From Octopus bimaculoides (taxonomy: Eukaryota), in contig NC_068986.1 of NCBI RefSeq assembly GCF_001194135.2, forward strand, positions 46,369,939-46,433,938: 64,000 bases of DNA. Reading direction: 5' to 3'. The translations under genes and the position numbers were made by a program. Below the pieces are notes generated by a model, which worked only from the letters and a program-made list of their open reading frames with translations, ran no database searches and had not been told where the DNA came from. How positions within the stretch are numbered: the stretch's first letter is position 1; every line of letters starts with the position of its first letter. This document shows positions 13,950-26,233 of this stretch, piece by piece.

Positions 13950-14110
13950 TTTCAGGTTAGCCTTTGTCAGCATGCCTGTTGGTTAAATACATCCCAGACA
14001 TGACAATCCAGATCTTTTATTCAGGCATAGTGTAACAAAGATCACATTCTCCAATGTGTCCTTTTTAAAGAGATAAAATGTGAGTAGGGCTTTTGTTATT
14101 AGTTCTAGGA
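13950..14110 (+). repeat. Unclassified interspersed repeat; further diverged plus-strand copies near 42520-42700, 51535-51700, 55320-55500, 56150-56310
   Basis: Shared blocks such as acctatgatcaaagg, cattccagccatgacc and gatttg...tatt(t)ctagca, seen by eye between copies. Confidence 0.45.
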
Positions 14111-14541
14111 GTTTGAGAAATAATACAACTTAATAATAGGGAATGTCCTATTGATAACATGATATTGCTCAAGAAATGTTAACCTTTTTTCTCAAAACAC
14201 TATTTTACAACTTAAAGGGCTGATAACCATTACAAGTCTTCTCAAGCTAGTCAGAAAGATTTAGCTTGTGTTCAGATAAGACAGAGATTTACATTAAAAA
14301 ATATCAGGGAAGGAAGATCAGAGGAAAGTTAACACAAGGTCAGACAGGAAAAACACAATAAGTGTGATGACGACAAAGAAACTAGATGAGATTAGTGGCT
14401 TTGGGCAGTTAGGGTATTAACGTTTTACTTTTTACCTTTCCCTTGCTTCAGTGGTTAGTGTTATGGGAAACCAAGCCAAAATCAGACTGGAGCGTGATAC
14501 AGCTCTCCAGCTTACCAAACCCATGCCAGCATGGAAAATAC

Positions 14542-14710
14542 AGTGGCTGTGTGGTTAAGTAGCTTGCTTACCAACCACATGGTTCCGGGTTCATTCCTAC
14601 TGCATGGCACCTTGGGCAAGTGTCTTCTACTATAGCCTTGGGCCAACCAAAGACTTTTGAGTGGATTTGGTAGAGGGAAACTGAAAGAAGCCGGTCATAT
14701 ATATGTATAT

Positions 14711-14750
<40 letters not shown>

Positions 14751-15077
14751 NNNNNNNNNNNNNNNNNNNNNNNNNNNNNNNNNNNNNNNNNNNNNNNNNN
14801 NNNNNNNNNNNNNNNNNNNNNNNNNNNNNNNNNNNNNNNNNNNNNNNNNNNNNNNNNNNNNNNNNNNNNNNNNNNNNTCCCCCCAACATCGCTTGACAAC
14901 CGATGGTGGTGTGTTTACGTCCCCGTAACTTAGCGGTTCGGCAAAAGAGACAGACAGAATAAGTACTAGGCATCCAAAGAATAAGTCCTGGGGTTGATTT
15001 GCTCGACTAAAGGTGGTGCTCCAGCATGGCCACAGACAAATGACTGAAACAAGTAAAAGAGTAAAAGAGTAAAGAGT
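14542..15077 (+). mobile_element. Main tRNA-derived SINE, near full length (gap inside the microsatellite)
   Basis: gtggctgtgtggttaagtagcttgcttaccaaccacatggttccgggttc...ccttgggcaagtgtc...; tail gactgaaacaagtaaaagagtaaaagagtaaagag. Confidence 0.9.
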
Positions 15078-15904
15078 ATGATAATTAGGCTAGATGAGCA
15101 CAAAAAAAATCTCCAAAATATGTAACCTATCATTTATATCACACTGTGCAACAGTCCTGTGATCATTAATTCAGTGATTACAATGTATTGCCTTCTTCAT
15201 CATAAAAATTCTCAAGTAAATAATAAATTACTAAGGGAGAATGTATTTATGAAAGTATCTAAAAAAAACAAAAAAAAAACAAAGAGCTTCTACCAGAAAA
15301 TATAAGGTTCAAACAATTTGCTGCAACCTTCATTTTTTAGCTGATAGCCTATTTATAATTTGTTTGATAAAATGTGAAGACAATGACTTCTAAGCAGCAA
15401 AATAATTACTGAAATATGTTTGGATCTGATTAATATGATTTCTTGACAGTATAATAAAAGAAAATATAATTGGGTGATACTGGAAAGAATAAAGTATATG
15501 TATCATATGACAGAAAAAATATCTCATTTAATATTGTTGATTAATTTGAATGCTAAAATACGCTGTTTACTTCTGGAAAACCAATACAGTATTAGGAATC
15601 ATTAATAGAAGAGCGAGACTTTGCCAATAGTCTAGAGTGATTGAGGAGAAACATAAGCAGTTCTGGAAAGTGATTTTTTTTTCCTTTAATATTTGTCAGA
15701 AGTAATCACATCAAGTTTGGAAATAGCAACCTATTAGTGAGAATAACATTATCCAAAGTTAATATGCCAGTTCATATTTGTATAAGAAGGGTGGCATATG
15801 TTCTTACTCAAAATATATTTAAAACAAAACTGCTTTTTGTAGACTTTCATGTATAATTTTCAACCAACAAGACCAACTATTTCAATGCTTATAAACCTTC
15901 TGTT

Positions 15905-16225
15905 AGCATATCCCTTTTGAATTATACTCTTTGCTTCAATTAATTTTGAAAATTACAAAGAATTTAATAGAAATATTTTTTTCATTATTATTATACTGTA
16001 TTTAGAACATAATTTAATATGAAAGTTTGATGGAAGGTTTTAATTTAGGTCACTTTAACATTTTTGTTGCTTTATTTCTGCAGAAACACAATGCCTTTGT
16101 TTCAATTAATTTTGAAAATTATGAAGAATTGAGTAAAATGTTTTTGACATTATTATGCAGATAATCTGAACATAATTTAACACAAAATTTTGAAGGAAAA
16201 ATTTAATTTAGATCACTTTAAATAC
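15905..16225 (+). mobile_element. Two tandem, end-truncated copies related to the TTAA MITE at 26016-26233
   Basis: Both carry ttcaattaattttgaaaatta...gaacataatttaa...ttaatttag(g/a)tcacttta, similar to the interior of 26016-26233. Confidence 0.55.
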
Positions 16226-16594
16226 GATGTTAGCATCATTGAACTTGGGTGGGTTGGCATCAAAAAGATTATAATTTAGAAATATCTATGAATATCAAAA
16301 TAGTAGAGCATTACTATTTTAATGATTAATTTTTCAAGGAAATGAATTGATGCAGCTAAAAGTAGTAAATCACAATTACATTGAAAGCAAATATTTTGCA
16401 TAAGATATATAGTAATATTTTGCATAGAACAATTTATAATTAGAGTAGATATTTTGTAGATGTATACCATTCCTAGTTACAATTATTAGTAGATATGGAA
16501 AAACAAAAATTTAAGTCAAGAACTAGGGAAAATAAACATATAACAATCAGAATATGAAACTAGATAATATTCATATTATATACTTATTTTAGAC

Positions 16595-16760
16595 TTGCAG
16601 CGTGGAAGGTGTTTATAAGCTATTTACGAAACACACAAAAACCGTTAGATTTTTGTGTGTTTCTTAAATGGCTTATAAGCACCTTCCACGCTGCAATTGT
16701 TTTCGTTCCAGCACACGATCTCAGATCAGGTCACTTGCTATGCAAGTACATCTCCATAAT
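16595..16760. mobile_element. Hairpin element: 47-bp inverted arms (16595-16641 / 16650-16696), 8-nt loop and a one-sided extension; probable Penelope-like inverted end
   Basis: The arms match at 44/47 positions. Extension motif 16705-16728 matches 44176-44199 at 20/24. Confidence 0.6.
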
Positions 16761-17547
16761 ACTTATTTTAATTACATTGTATCCTAGAAATGATTTTATA
16801 TAGTCTTACTCTTTCACACAACAATATATTTGTGATGTTGAAAAGAATCTTGAAATAAGTCTAAAATTATTTTTTATATAAGAATGTTTTTTTCTAATTT
16901 AAATGTTTGCAGGTATTAAATATTAATGTGAAATGTTGCAAAGTAATGACTATTTGAATATCCAAGTAGTCAATTGTAGACAGTATTGTTGATGAAGATT
17001 CAAATCACAGACAGCACATATACAAATTTTGTAAGTACATCTGTTCTGAAAGACTTCTGAGTGGTGCTGGTGTTGCAGGGTATGGAGATGTGGAAAAGAA
17101 TAAACAATAGGTACAGGTATGGCTGTGTGGTTAAAAAGCTTGCTTTGCAACAATGTGATTTCAGATTCAGTCTCACTTGCTAACACCTTGGGAAAGTGTC
17201 TTCTAATATACCTTGGACCAACCAAATTCTACAAATGTCAACTTTATCAGATTGTTAACTAAATTATCAGTCAAGTACTAGAGTCAGTCCTTCTCCTTCT
17301 CTCTTGGAATCATGGACAGAAGCTGATAAGCTGCTGGAACTGATGTGCAATACAGTATGAAGATGGGAAAAAAAGAAGATATCAAAGAAAGCATAAAATC
17401 TATAAAGTGTAGTATGTGTTATTCAATTTTATCACTTTCTTTTTTACAATCACAAAGTAGCAGATGGGCTGCTGATCTAGACTGGCTCAATCACCATAAA
17501 ATAATTTAAACACTTTCTAGAAAGGTTAAGAAACAATGAGACCCCAC

Positions 17548-17605
17548 ATCCAGGTAACATCCGAGCCTATATCCAGGTAACATCCGAGCCTATATCCAGG
17601 TGAGT
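17548..17605 (+). repeat. 23-bp tandem repeat (about 2.3 units, atccaggtaacatccgagcctat)
   Basis: Units start at 17548, 17571 and 17594. Confidence 0.9.
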
Positions 17606-18765
17606 CCTCTCTTATACAAACAACTCTTTCTATGAGACCTATAAAAGCAACAAGCCATTAGCCTTCTCGAAAACTTCAACTTTTCCATTTCCAGAGAAAG
17701 AGGATCTTCACCTGATTCAGAATCCCAGAGAAGTTACACTTTCATCTCTGTCATTAAATATCTACAACTCTGTTCCTTAACAGAATTTCCCATCATATTG
17801 ATTCCCATACTAAGGTGAAACTAAAATGATTTCTTTGAAGTAGATCAGCACTATGATAGATTCTTGTTCTGAGAATAATTATAGAAGAGCTTAGAATCTT
17901 CAAGTAGAAGGCATCATTTACATAACCAGATTTCTCTAAGGCATTTGATAGTGTCAGCAGAAAGGCCATATTACATATCCTGTACTGAAGATGGTATTCA
18001 AGATAAGATTATCACAATCATCACCATCTAGTACAAAAGTTCATCAAGCTTTGTGCAAAATGCAGACAACCCAACTAAAGAGTTTCCAACAACAGCAGGA
18101 ATCCTTCAGGGAGATATCTTAACTCCTTTTCTCTTTATGTTTGTTGTGGATGGCATCCATATGCAAAGTCTTGATCCCTAGCAAATCAAAGGTTTCACTA
18201 TCATGCAGAAGTAATCAAGACATTCATAGAGTGTGAAACTCTCTGACATTTATTGATGATGCTGATGATGTTTCCCTCACCGCTCCTCAACTGTGTGATG
18301 TGCAAGATTTGTTAACATCCAATGAAAATGCTGCAGCCATGTGTTCTTTTTCTCAATGCAAAGAAAACTGGATACATGATCAACAACGAAGATGAAAGCC
18401 ACTCTTCAATTCATTCCAATGATGGCACACAACTTAAAGAAGTCAATGACTTCAAATAACATGTGTCCTATGTTTCTGTTGGTACAAAAGCCTTTTTTAA
18501 ACAAAAGGGACTAGCGTGAAGAGGTTGTAATAAGCTTCAAAACATCTGGTAATCAAATATTTCAAAGTTAACAAAGTTTGCTTCATCCAGCATATATGTA
18601 AAATGCATTCTTTGCTATGAAGCCAAAATCTGGACTAAGAAAGAGTCTCAAGAACACATTGATGGCACATACACCAGACCTTTCATGCAGACACAAAATA
18701 TCTCATGGTTTTAGCCCAAGAGCAAAAGAAAAGATTTATGGATATTTTCCACCCATCTCTAATAT
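17600..18765 (+). mobile_element. RTE-clade LINE reverse-transcriptase pseudogene fragment
   Basis: DFSKAFDSVSRKAILHIL..TTAGILQGDILTPFLFMFVVD..ADDVSL..NAKKTGYM..IDGTYTR motifs with many stops and frameshifts. Confidence 0.85.
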
Positions 18766-18778
18766 TCCTTTCTATTGG

Positions 18779-18982
18779 AAGCACAAGGCCTCAAATTTGG
18801 GGGAAGGGATTAAGTCGATTACATCGAACCAAGTGCATAACTGGTACTTATTTAAATCAACCTTCAAAGGATGAAAGGCAAAGATGGCCATGGCAGAATT
18901 TGAACTCAGAATGTAGTGACAAATGAAATACTGCTAAGCACTTTGCCCGGCATGCTAATGGTTCTGCCAGCTCGCTGCCTTA
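18779..18982 (-). mobile_element. tRNA-derived SINE with a gcctttcatccttt..ataagtaccag central domain; other copies at 32117-32322, 52475-52680 and a partial one at about 6762-6870
   Basis: The copies align with each other, and the minus strand shows a B-box-like ctgagttcaaattc. Assigning the central domain to a named SINE superfamily needs a database check. Confidence 0.8.
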
Positions 18983-19479
18983 CCCATCTCTAATATTATT
19001 GCTTTGCTGGTTTGTGCTTATGTGCTGAGCAACAAACTATATCAGATGTTGTATTTTGGAGATGCCTGCATCTTAATAGTGGATATAAATCATTCAGCTA
19101 CAATGTTACTGGCACAGAGATATAACATGAAAATGAAGATCACTTAAGCCTAATGGGGGATAGAGATTTCTTGCACAGCATTGTGAGATGCATCTTGGTT
19201 GTGACTACTTGAAGATAAACATATGCAGATCAACAGAATATGACTTCTAGTATTAATGGTATGTACACTAATTCCTACTGAGTATGAGTGTTATATAGCC
19301 TGAACCAGCTTTTGCACTTTACAAAATTTACTTCGTTATTAGATTTATTATAAAAAAACTTCATGACTCACTAAAAATAAACACTATGTACTCATTTAGA
19401 TAAATATATATTCTAGAAATAATGCATATATTACTTCTTTCATTTCCTTACCTTTATTACAATTAAACCTTGGGAGAGG

Positions 19480-20640
19480 CATTATGCTGGTAATAAACAC
19501 ACGCACTGGTTCAGTCCTTTATTAATTTATATAGTTTTTTGTTAAATTATTTCATTGCACTCTTGCAATCTCTTCAGTAACTTGTCTCTCCACTTCCATT
19601 TATTTTGAATGTATGATCTGGTGTTGTTTCGAAACTGTTCGGTATGAGCATGTGAGTGTGTGCAAGCTCGTATGTGTGCATGCTCATATGTGTGCACGCA
19701 CTTATGTGTTCGTGCTTATATGTAAGTATGTGCATCCATATGTGTGTATGTAACAATTTCGTTTATATCAGATCAGATAGAGACTTTTTAATTTATTTAT
19801 TTACGTTCATATTNNNNNNNNNNNNNNNNNNNNNNNNNNNNNNNNNNNNNNNNNNNNNNNNNNNNNNNNNNNNNNNNNNNNNNNNNNNNNNNNNNNNNNN
19901 NNNNNNNNNNNNNNNNNNNNNNNNNNNNNNNNNNNNNNNNNNNNNNNNNNNNNNNNNNNNNNNNNNNNNNNNNNNNNNNNNNNNNNNNNNNNNNNNNNNN
20001 NNNNNNNNNNNNNNNNNNNNNNNNNNNNNNNNNNNNNNNNNNNNNNNNNNNNNNNNNNNNNNNNNNNNNNNNNNNNNNNNNNNNNNNNNNNNNNNNNNNN
20101 NNNNNNNNNNNNNNNNNNNNNNNNNNNNNNNNNNNNNNNNNNNNNNNNNNNNNNNNNNNNNNNNNNNNNNNNNNNNNNNNNNNNNNNNNNNNNNNNNNNN
20201 NNNNNNNNNNNNNNNNNNNNNNNNNNNNNNNNNNNNNNNNNNNNNNNNNNNNNNNNNNNNNNNNNNNNNNNNNNGTATGTCGTGTTTCTGTTTTTACACT
20301 CACCATCCATACAGCTTATTTTGTAGACTACATTTCTGGCTTTGCAGTTGGCACCAGGACTATTTTTGCACACAATGCAACTCTCCTCAACACACCTTGT
20401 TCTTCTGAAGGGATATGTTTTACATATTATTGATCTAATGGATCTCCCTGGTTTTTCTATAACATTTATCCTCAACTTGGTACTTTTGAGGATTTTTCGA
20501 AATCTGCGGACCAGTTCTCCGTGTGGCGTGGCGTCCACAAACATTACTCCCTGGAACTTGTCGATATTGTACCACGTGGTCTTTTTGTTTGTTTTGTCAC
20601 TAATCCTTTGTAGTCTATTCTTACCTTTATTGCTGACAGT
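19480..20640 (-). mobile_element. Penelope-like element (Neptune-like) 3' part: RT-endonuclease linker, start of the GIY-YIG domain and 3' terminal region, interrupted by a gap
   Basis: The frame is open from 20640 to the gap: KTTWYNIDKFQGVMFVDATPHGEL...KPGRSIRSIICKTYPF..C....CIVC.....NCKARNVVYKISC. This matches the Cys-rich linker and VVY strand preceding YIG in Neptune-type PLEs. Confidence 0.8.
19541..19581 (-). ncRNA. Degenerate minimal type I hammerhead-like motif in the PLE 3' end
   Basis: GUUA-CUGAAGA-G-AUUGCA(AGAG)UGCAAU-GAAA-UAA-UU-UAAC. Stem I is only 4 bp, stem II closes with A-U and position 17 is U. Confidence 0.4.
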
Positions 20641-21800
20641 TTAATATATAACAAATATAGAAACAATTTACATTTCTTTAGTTATCTATGTATTTATTTC
20701 TTACAAAATCAGATAGCTGTAATTTTATTTTCAGTTTATCTATACATTAAACAATATATTTAGAAAACAAAGAAAAATACTATCAAGCATTGATGATTGT
20801 ACATGTAGTGCTCCCCATATCTCTACTTTTAGGAAATAGTTAAGAATGCTGAGATAGCAAAAAAGATATACTTTAAATATCTAGTCAATGTCATTTTGTA
20901 ACAATTTAGTTTTAATATACTCTTCAAATCATATATGACTCACTTACTTTTAGCATTGTAAGACTGTTTTCTGCTGAGATTTATTAATTCTATAGATCCT
21001 CTCATTCTGTTGATCATCCATCCATCCATCCATCCTTCCAAGCTGAGTGACCCGCTTGAACCATTATAAGTCTTCCATGGCAGACGTTCCAATTGAGCAA
21101 TGAAGCATGAATGTCTAACCTGGGTTTTAATCACATTAGTCTTTTGCTAGTAGAGAACTATAAATGATAGCAATAGTATACTAACTGAACTCATTGATCC
21201 TAGCTTTTGATAGTTTGATGTCTGTTCATCTGCTTAGCATTAAGTGATACCCATCATTGACTCAATAAATTCATCTGCCAAAAAGTTCACAACCACCATG
21301 CTGCATCCCATGATTTAAACATACACTGGCTCATATGGTTATATGCAATTTACCCAGTGGCTGGGACCCTAACAGGTGCTACTACACCAGATCAGAGTAG
21401 ACCTAGGAACAATACTAAGTTGTGGCTCTACACTCCTCAAAACCCTAAAACTCCTGAACCAGGGTCCCACTGTCAGATGCAGTTGATACTTTGATGAATA
21501 TATAAATAATGGTGAGATTCAAAGTTGAGGTAACTATAGTATTCCTCTTTAAAAAGTTAATTTTCAATCAATTCAAAGACTATAAAATAATAATGAATCA
21601 AACTAACTGCTTTATGATCATCAATTGATCATCATGTTTTTCTATTTAGTAAACAAATCAGATTGTTATAATAATATTCTGTAAGCTCTTAAATACTTCA
21701 ATATATTAATTAATATGTTTCTAAAGCATTTCCCTAGACAAGAGTTAGTGATGGTATTCCATGACTACGTATTAACCTTATGTAAGTTAAGTGTTATCTT

Positions 21801-22900
21801 TACTTTATTTTGTGGCATGGAAGACAGTAAAAAACATACCTTGAAAATTATCATATATCTTCCATGATGCTAGGTGGATCAACTTTTACAAAGACTGTTG
21901 TTTCTAAACTAAGTAAATGTAAGTATTTTCTCTACTATTAAACATTTGACTTAACTAATATTCTTAATATAGAAGTAAATACATTAACAATTACTCAGTA
22001 AATAATGAATGGCTTTTTGTTTTGTTTTAACTTTGCTACAGCTATCCTTCTCTTGTTGCTGGGCTGTTTGTTTATTAATGGCAGTGGTGTGGCAGTGCTG
22101 TCTATAGAGAAGTTGGGAAAGGTTGGATTCTTGTTTCCATGAAAAGAAATTGTTTTGTTTTTTCGTGTTTGAGTAACTAAAACACCATTTCTTCCCTGAT
22201 GTCAAAAGCCATTTCCATCCTGTAAATCATCTCTCATCTATGGCAGGTGTATCATAGAAACATGAATATAATTTTGAATTTAAATTTGAAGCAGTGCAAT
22301 ATGCCAAAGAACATGGAAATAATGCAGCAGAGAGAAACTTCAGACCACAAACAGCTAAGAAGATGTTTTGCCAGAGGAGGATGTAGGAGAAAGAATCTAA
22401 AGGAAAAAAAAAGGATAAAACAGAAGCATAATATTCATACAGTACCAGCAAAATGACCATACTTAGAAAAAACTTCAAAACATAGATAATAGTCCAAAAA
22501 CTTTGAGAAAGATGGTAACTATGAAGAAGATAATTTTGGAAGTAAGAAGTTTGGCAGTAAACATAAAAGTGAATGATTTCAAGGAAACAACTTGCTAGCT
22601 AATGTTTTGAGACCATGAAATGGCTAAAGTTAGTGAACAAGAACAAAGTTAGCTCAGAAAATATCTGCAGAATATGAAGAGAAAATACTAGATCTCCTCA
22701 AATTTAATATTAATGTTAGAACACAGAATTGTCTCAAACCCATTCAGACAGGCATTTAGCATGTATACCTGCTGGACACTACCTGGTTGTGTGGTCTGGG
22801 CTTTGGCCAGTATGAAAGCATTTTTTTCCTTAGAATTACATATACAAAATCAGGGTGTGTCTTCCATGATGCAGCATCTACTATGCTGTAAAATGTGGTA
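21801..22900 (+). mobile_element. pogo/Tigger-type DNA transposon, internally deleted and decayed
   Basis: 22239-22710 translates as EYNFEFKFEAVQYAKEHGNNAAERNF..PYLEK..TRTKLAQKISAEYEEKILD (pogo DNA-binding region). Imperfect terminal repeats at about 21801 and 22860-22900, ending in TA. Confidence 0.7.
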
Positions 22901-24554
22901 TGTAATCTTTTAGTAAGCAAGCACTCAAAAGCATATCTTTGTTACATCATGGAATGACCACTTGTAATAATCCTTAAAGATATTATGATTTAATATAGAA
23001 AATTAGCAATATCTAAATCAGAAATATCAAGTAAAGTTTTCTAACTGAGGCTGACATGGTGCACAGGGATCTGTGTCTCCCTTTCTAGTTAGGAATACCA
23101 TATATATTATCATTTATTTCTATTAAAAAATCTGTGGAAACAAGAATTTACTGATTACTACTTTACACAACGATTACAGATAGACATTTCAAAATACATT
23201 ACTTTGCACATGGGAATATAATGTCTGCAATATATAAATGCTATTTTAAGCTTACAAAATAAATTATATGGAAAGAATTAAAATACATATTATCTGTAAA
23301 GCAACAAAAGAGCCTGGTATATAGAGAATTGATTTTACAAATATTAACAAGGGAGTAACAAACACATTATTTATATGTCAATGCATGTTGCCTGTATTCC
23401 TCATAATATTTTTGCATTGTTCATTGAAATGTGATGATTAAATTAGATTTAAAAAATAACCTTCATTACTAGCAGCATGTTCTATAATGGGATCTTTTGT
23501 CTGATATCTAATTGTTATGGTAATATAAATCTTATAGCTGAAAACAGTCAAAATAAAAAATGAATATTATTATAAAAATGAAATTCTAAAAGCTTGTGAA
23601 TATTCTCCTTAAACATTGTCAACTATTATATGGATTTTAAAGCTTTTTATGGATCTGTAAGTGCAAGTGAAGTTAACACTTAATTTTATATTTTATATGT
23701 CAAATGTTACAGGAAATGTAAAGAAAGAGAAAAGAATAAAAAAGTATCCAACACATTTTAAGGTAAAATGGAATGACAAATTGGTATAGTTTAATTTGAA
23801 GGTTTAAAAAGTAAAAACATAAATTTACAAGAACATAGAAGAGAGTACATTTTTAATCTTTCCTCATATTTACTGCCAGTTTGAAGTAACTGAAGCAGAC
23901 ACAGGCACATCTGTAAGGCATATCAACCATAAGAGTATCAGAATTCATTAATGAAAAAAAAAACAAAAAAAAACAAACTAATCCTGTTTAGTCTAAACGA
24001 ATAATAAAAGTGAATATTGGTGAAAATGAAGTCAAGAAGTTAGATGATGGGACTTAATAATCTATACTATTTATGAAGCCCAACATATTTTAAGTGTACT
24101 TATTTATAAATGGGATTCATCATTATCGAACCTCATATGCAGGTAACCTGATATCTCTCAGTTCACACAATTATTCAAAGGAATAAAGGGATACTTCATA
24201 TCATTTAGTAAGTCTGATTATTTTGCTTCTTCATAAAACTGAAATACTCATAGAAATCTGATAACAGGATTGTAAAGCATCAAACAAGGTGCTATAAAAT
24301 ATACATTCTAGCTCCAACCAATAGGATTTCCTGAAAATTCTTTCTAATGAATCACATCTGGTTTTGAAGAAAACACCTGAAGATAAAGATATCTAAATAT
24401 GACTCCAGTAATGGTCCACAAACATATTTTTGATGAAATCACAAAGTTATCTTAAATTTCATCAAGTTTATTTATATACAAGTACATCACCAATCCGATT
24501 TCTTGTCAACTGATGGCCCAGATAAATTATGAGGGGAACTTAAAATTCCCATGG

Positions 24555-25667
24555 TTTCAGTATAGTTTACTGCATTACAACAAGCAACATTGTGTGTACT
24601 GTGTACTTATATGCATTATTTACACTGCATTTGTTAGTGGCAATACCAAAATTTTAGACATTCTCTGCTTATTAAGCTTAAAGTTACCCTTAGCAATGGC
24701 TATGACAGTTAAGACAAATGATGATATCAGTGGTAGTGTCAAGTATAAGTACCAATCCATATCAAAGGAATTTTCACAATTTTATTCATATATTTTTAAT
24801 CTTCTAATCAGAAAGAAAAACAGTACCTGTAACTCTTTGTACAGCATCTGAGACTTATTTAAGGGAGAGATAAAAAAGAATCCACAAACCAGAAATCTAA
24901 TCCAATTGCTTATAAGAGTGGAATCTACTAAAGACCCTAGGTGTCAGGTGTTCATTTGGTAAATGAACATAATTTTTAGAGAGGTAGCAGCATATGGTTG
25001 ATATTTTACTTTATTATTAATCCTTTAGCATTTAAACCAATTAATAACAGCCAAAATATTCTGTTTGCTGTATTTTCAAACTGGCCAGATCCAGCTTCTC
25101 ACAGCTACGGCTACCTTAGAATGTTAGTCTAAAGATAAACAATCATATCATCAAAATCTCAAGGCTATAAGATAATGCAGGATAAATTTAAAAGAATGTG
25201 AATAAATATGAATTATATTTGACAGAGAAATCTGAATGTTAAAGGGTTAAACCTAGAAGAAGGAAAGGCAAATTGCCTTCAGTGAAATTTAATTTCATAA
25301 TGTCAATAGAACTAGAGTCTGCAAAGCATTTAGTTGGGAATTATGCCATTTCTACAACCTCACCATTTTCGTAACCTCTACATACTGAAAATAAGTATTA
25401 GAGGCAAATGCTGGAAGAACATTCTTAGCTCTTGTAACTATTATTTTCTATATTAAAAATAAATGTTTGTTAGGTTCAGTTGACTGTTATATAGTCAAGA
25501 ATGAAAACCCTCAGAACTGGTAAGAGTAAATTATTTTTTTTATGTGCATCTGTACGTGTTTCCACGCACAAGCCATCACATATTTACAGGTACTCCATTG
25601 ATGTTCTAGTGTTCTTCATTCCAAAGCCTTGACAGATTATCCATTTTGCCAGACTATCGATAGTCAC

Positions 25668-25699
<32 letters not shown>

Positions 25700-25975
25700 T
25701 CATCAATACACCTGTAACCTACATACTTCCCATGTGTCAAAAGTATCATGAACAGTTCTATTTTATCTTTGATCAGTAGGGATTGGTGTTTATGTTTAAT
25801 ACTACCACTGACACTCTCAATTTGCTTACCTGTAGAAACCCTAGCTAAGGATAGGTTTAAACTAAGTAAGCAAATAATCACTCAATACTTTAGTATCACC
25901 ACGAACAAGTGCAATGTAAATAAATTCATGCAAATACATGATACATACACTGTATTCAAACTAGACTGGCAGCTG
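24555..25975. repeat. Diverged inverted repeat pair (about 24555-24772 and 25760-25975)
   Basis: By-eye alignment gives roughly 70% identity, e.g. ttatttacactgcatttgttagtggcaatacc vs ttatttacattgcacttgttcgtggtgatact, and cagtggtagtgtcaagtataagtaccaatcc vs cagtggtagtattaaacataaacaccaatcc. Confidence 0.75.
25021..25246. mobile_element. piggyBac-type MITE with TTAA target duplication
   Basis: TTAA at 25017-25020 and 25247-25250; ends tcctttagcattt / gaatgttaaaggg. Confidence 0.75.
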
Positions 25976-26015
25976 TGAGAATTTCAAGTTCCTCCTTGTA
26001 ATTTATCCAAATTAA

Positions 26016-26233
26016 CCCTTTCGTTACCGTATTTATTTTGAGATGCTCTGTTTCTTTGAATTACTTTAAATATAACAAAGAATTTAGTAAAATAACTTAG
26101 TTATCATTCAGCTAGTGTTAGGAACATAAATTGTGACTAAGGTTTGGTAGAAGATTTTAATTCAAAACTTATAAAAACAAGACATTTGTACTCAGAGCCA
26201 GAGCTGGTTTCAGCCGGGTTGGTAACGAAAGGG
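26016..26233. mobile_element. piggyBac-type MITE with perfect 13-bp TIRs and TTAA target duplication
   Basis: TTAA-CCCTTTCGTTACC ... GGTAACGAAAGGG-TTAA. Confidence 0.9.

Noticed and set aside
5232-20408. Long ORFs in the track containing runs of X (e.g. 5232-5705, 12041-12741, 14630-14973, 19656-20408)
   Set aside because: They are open only because they cross N gaps; the flanks are SINE sequence or antisense to the PLE.
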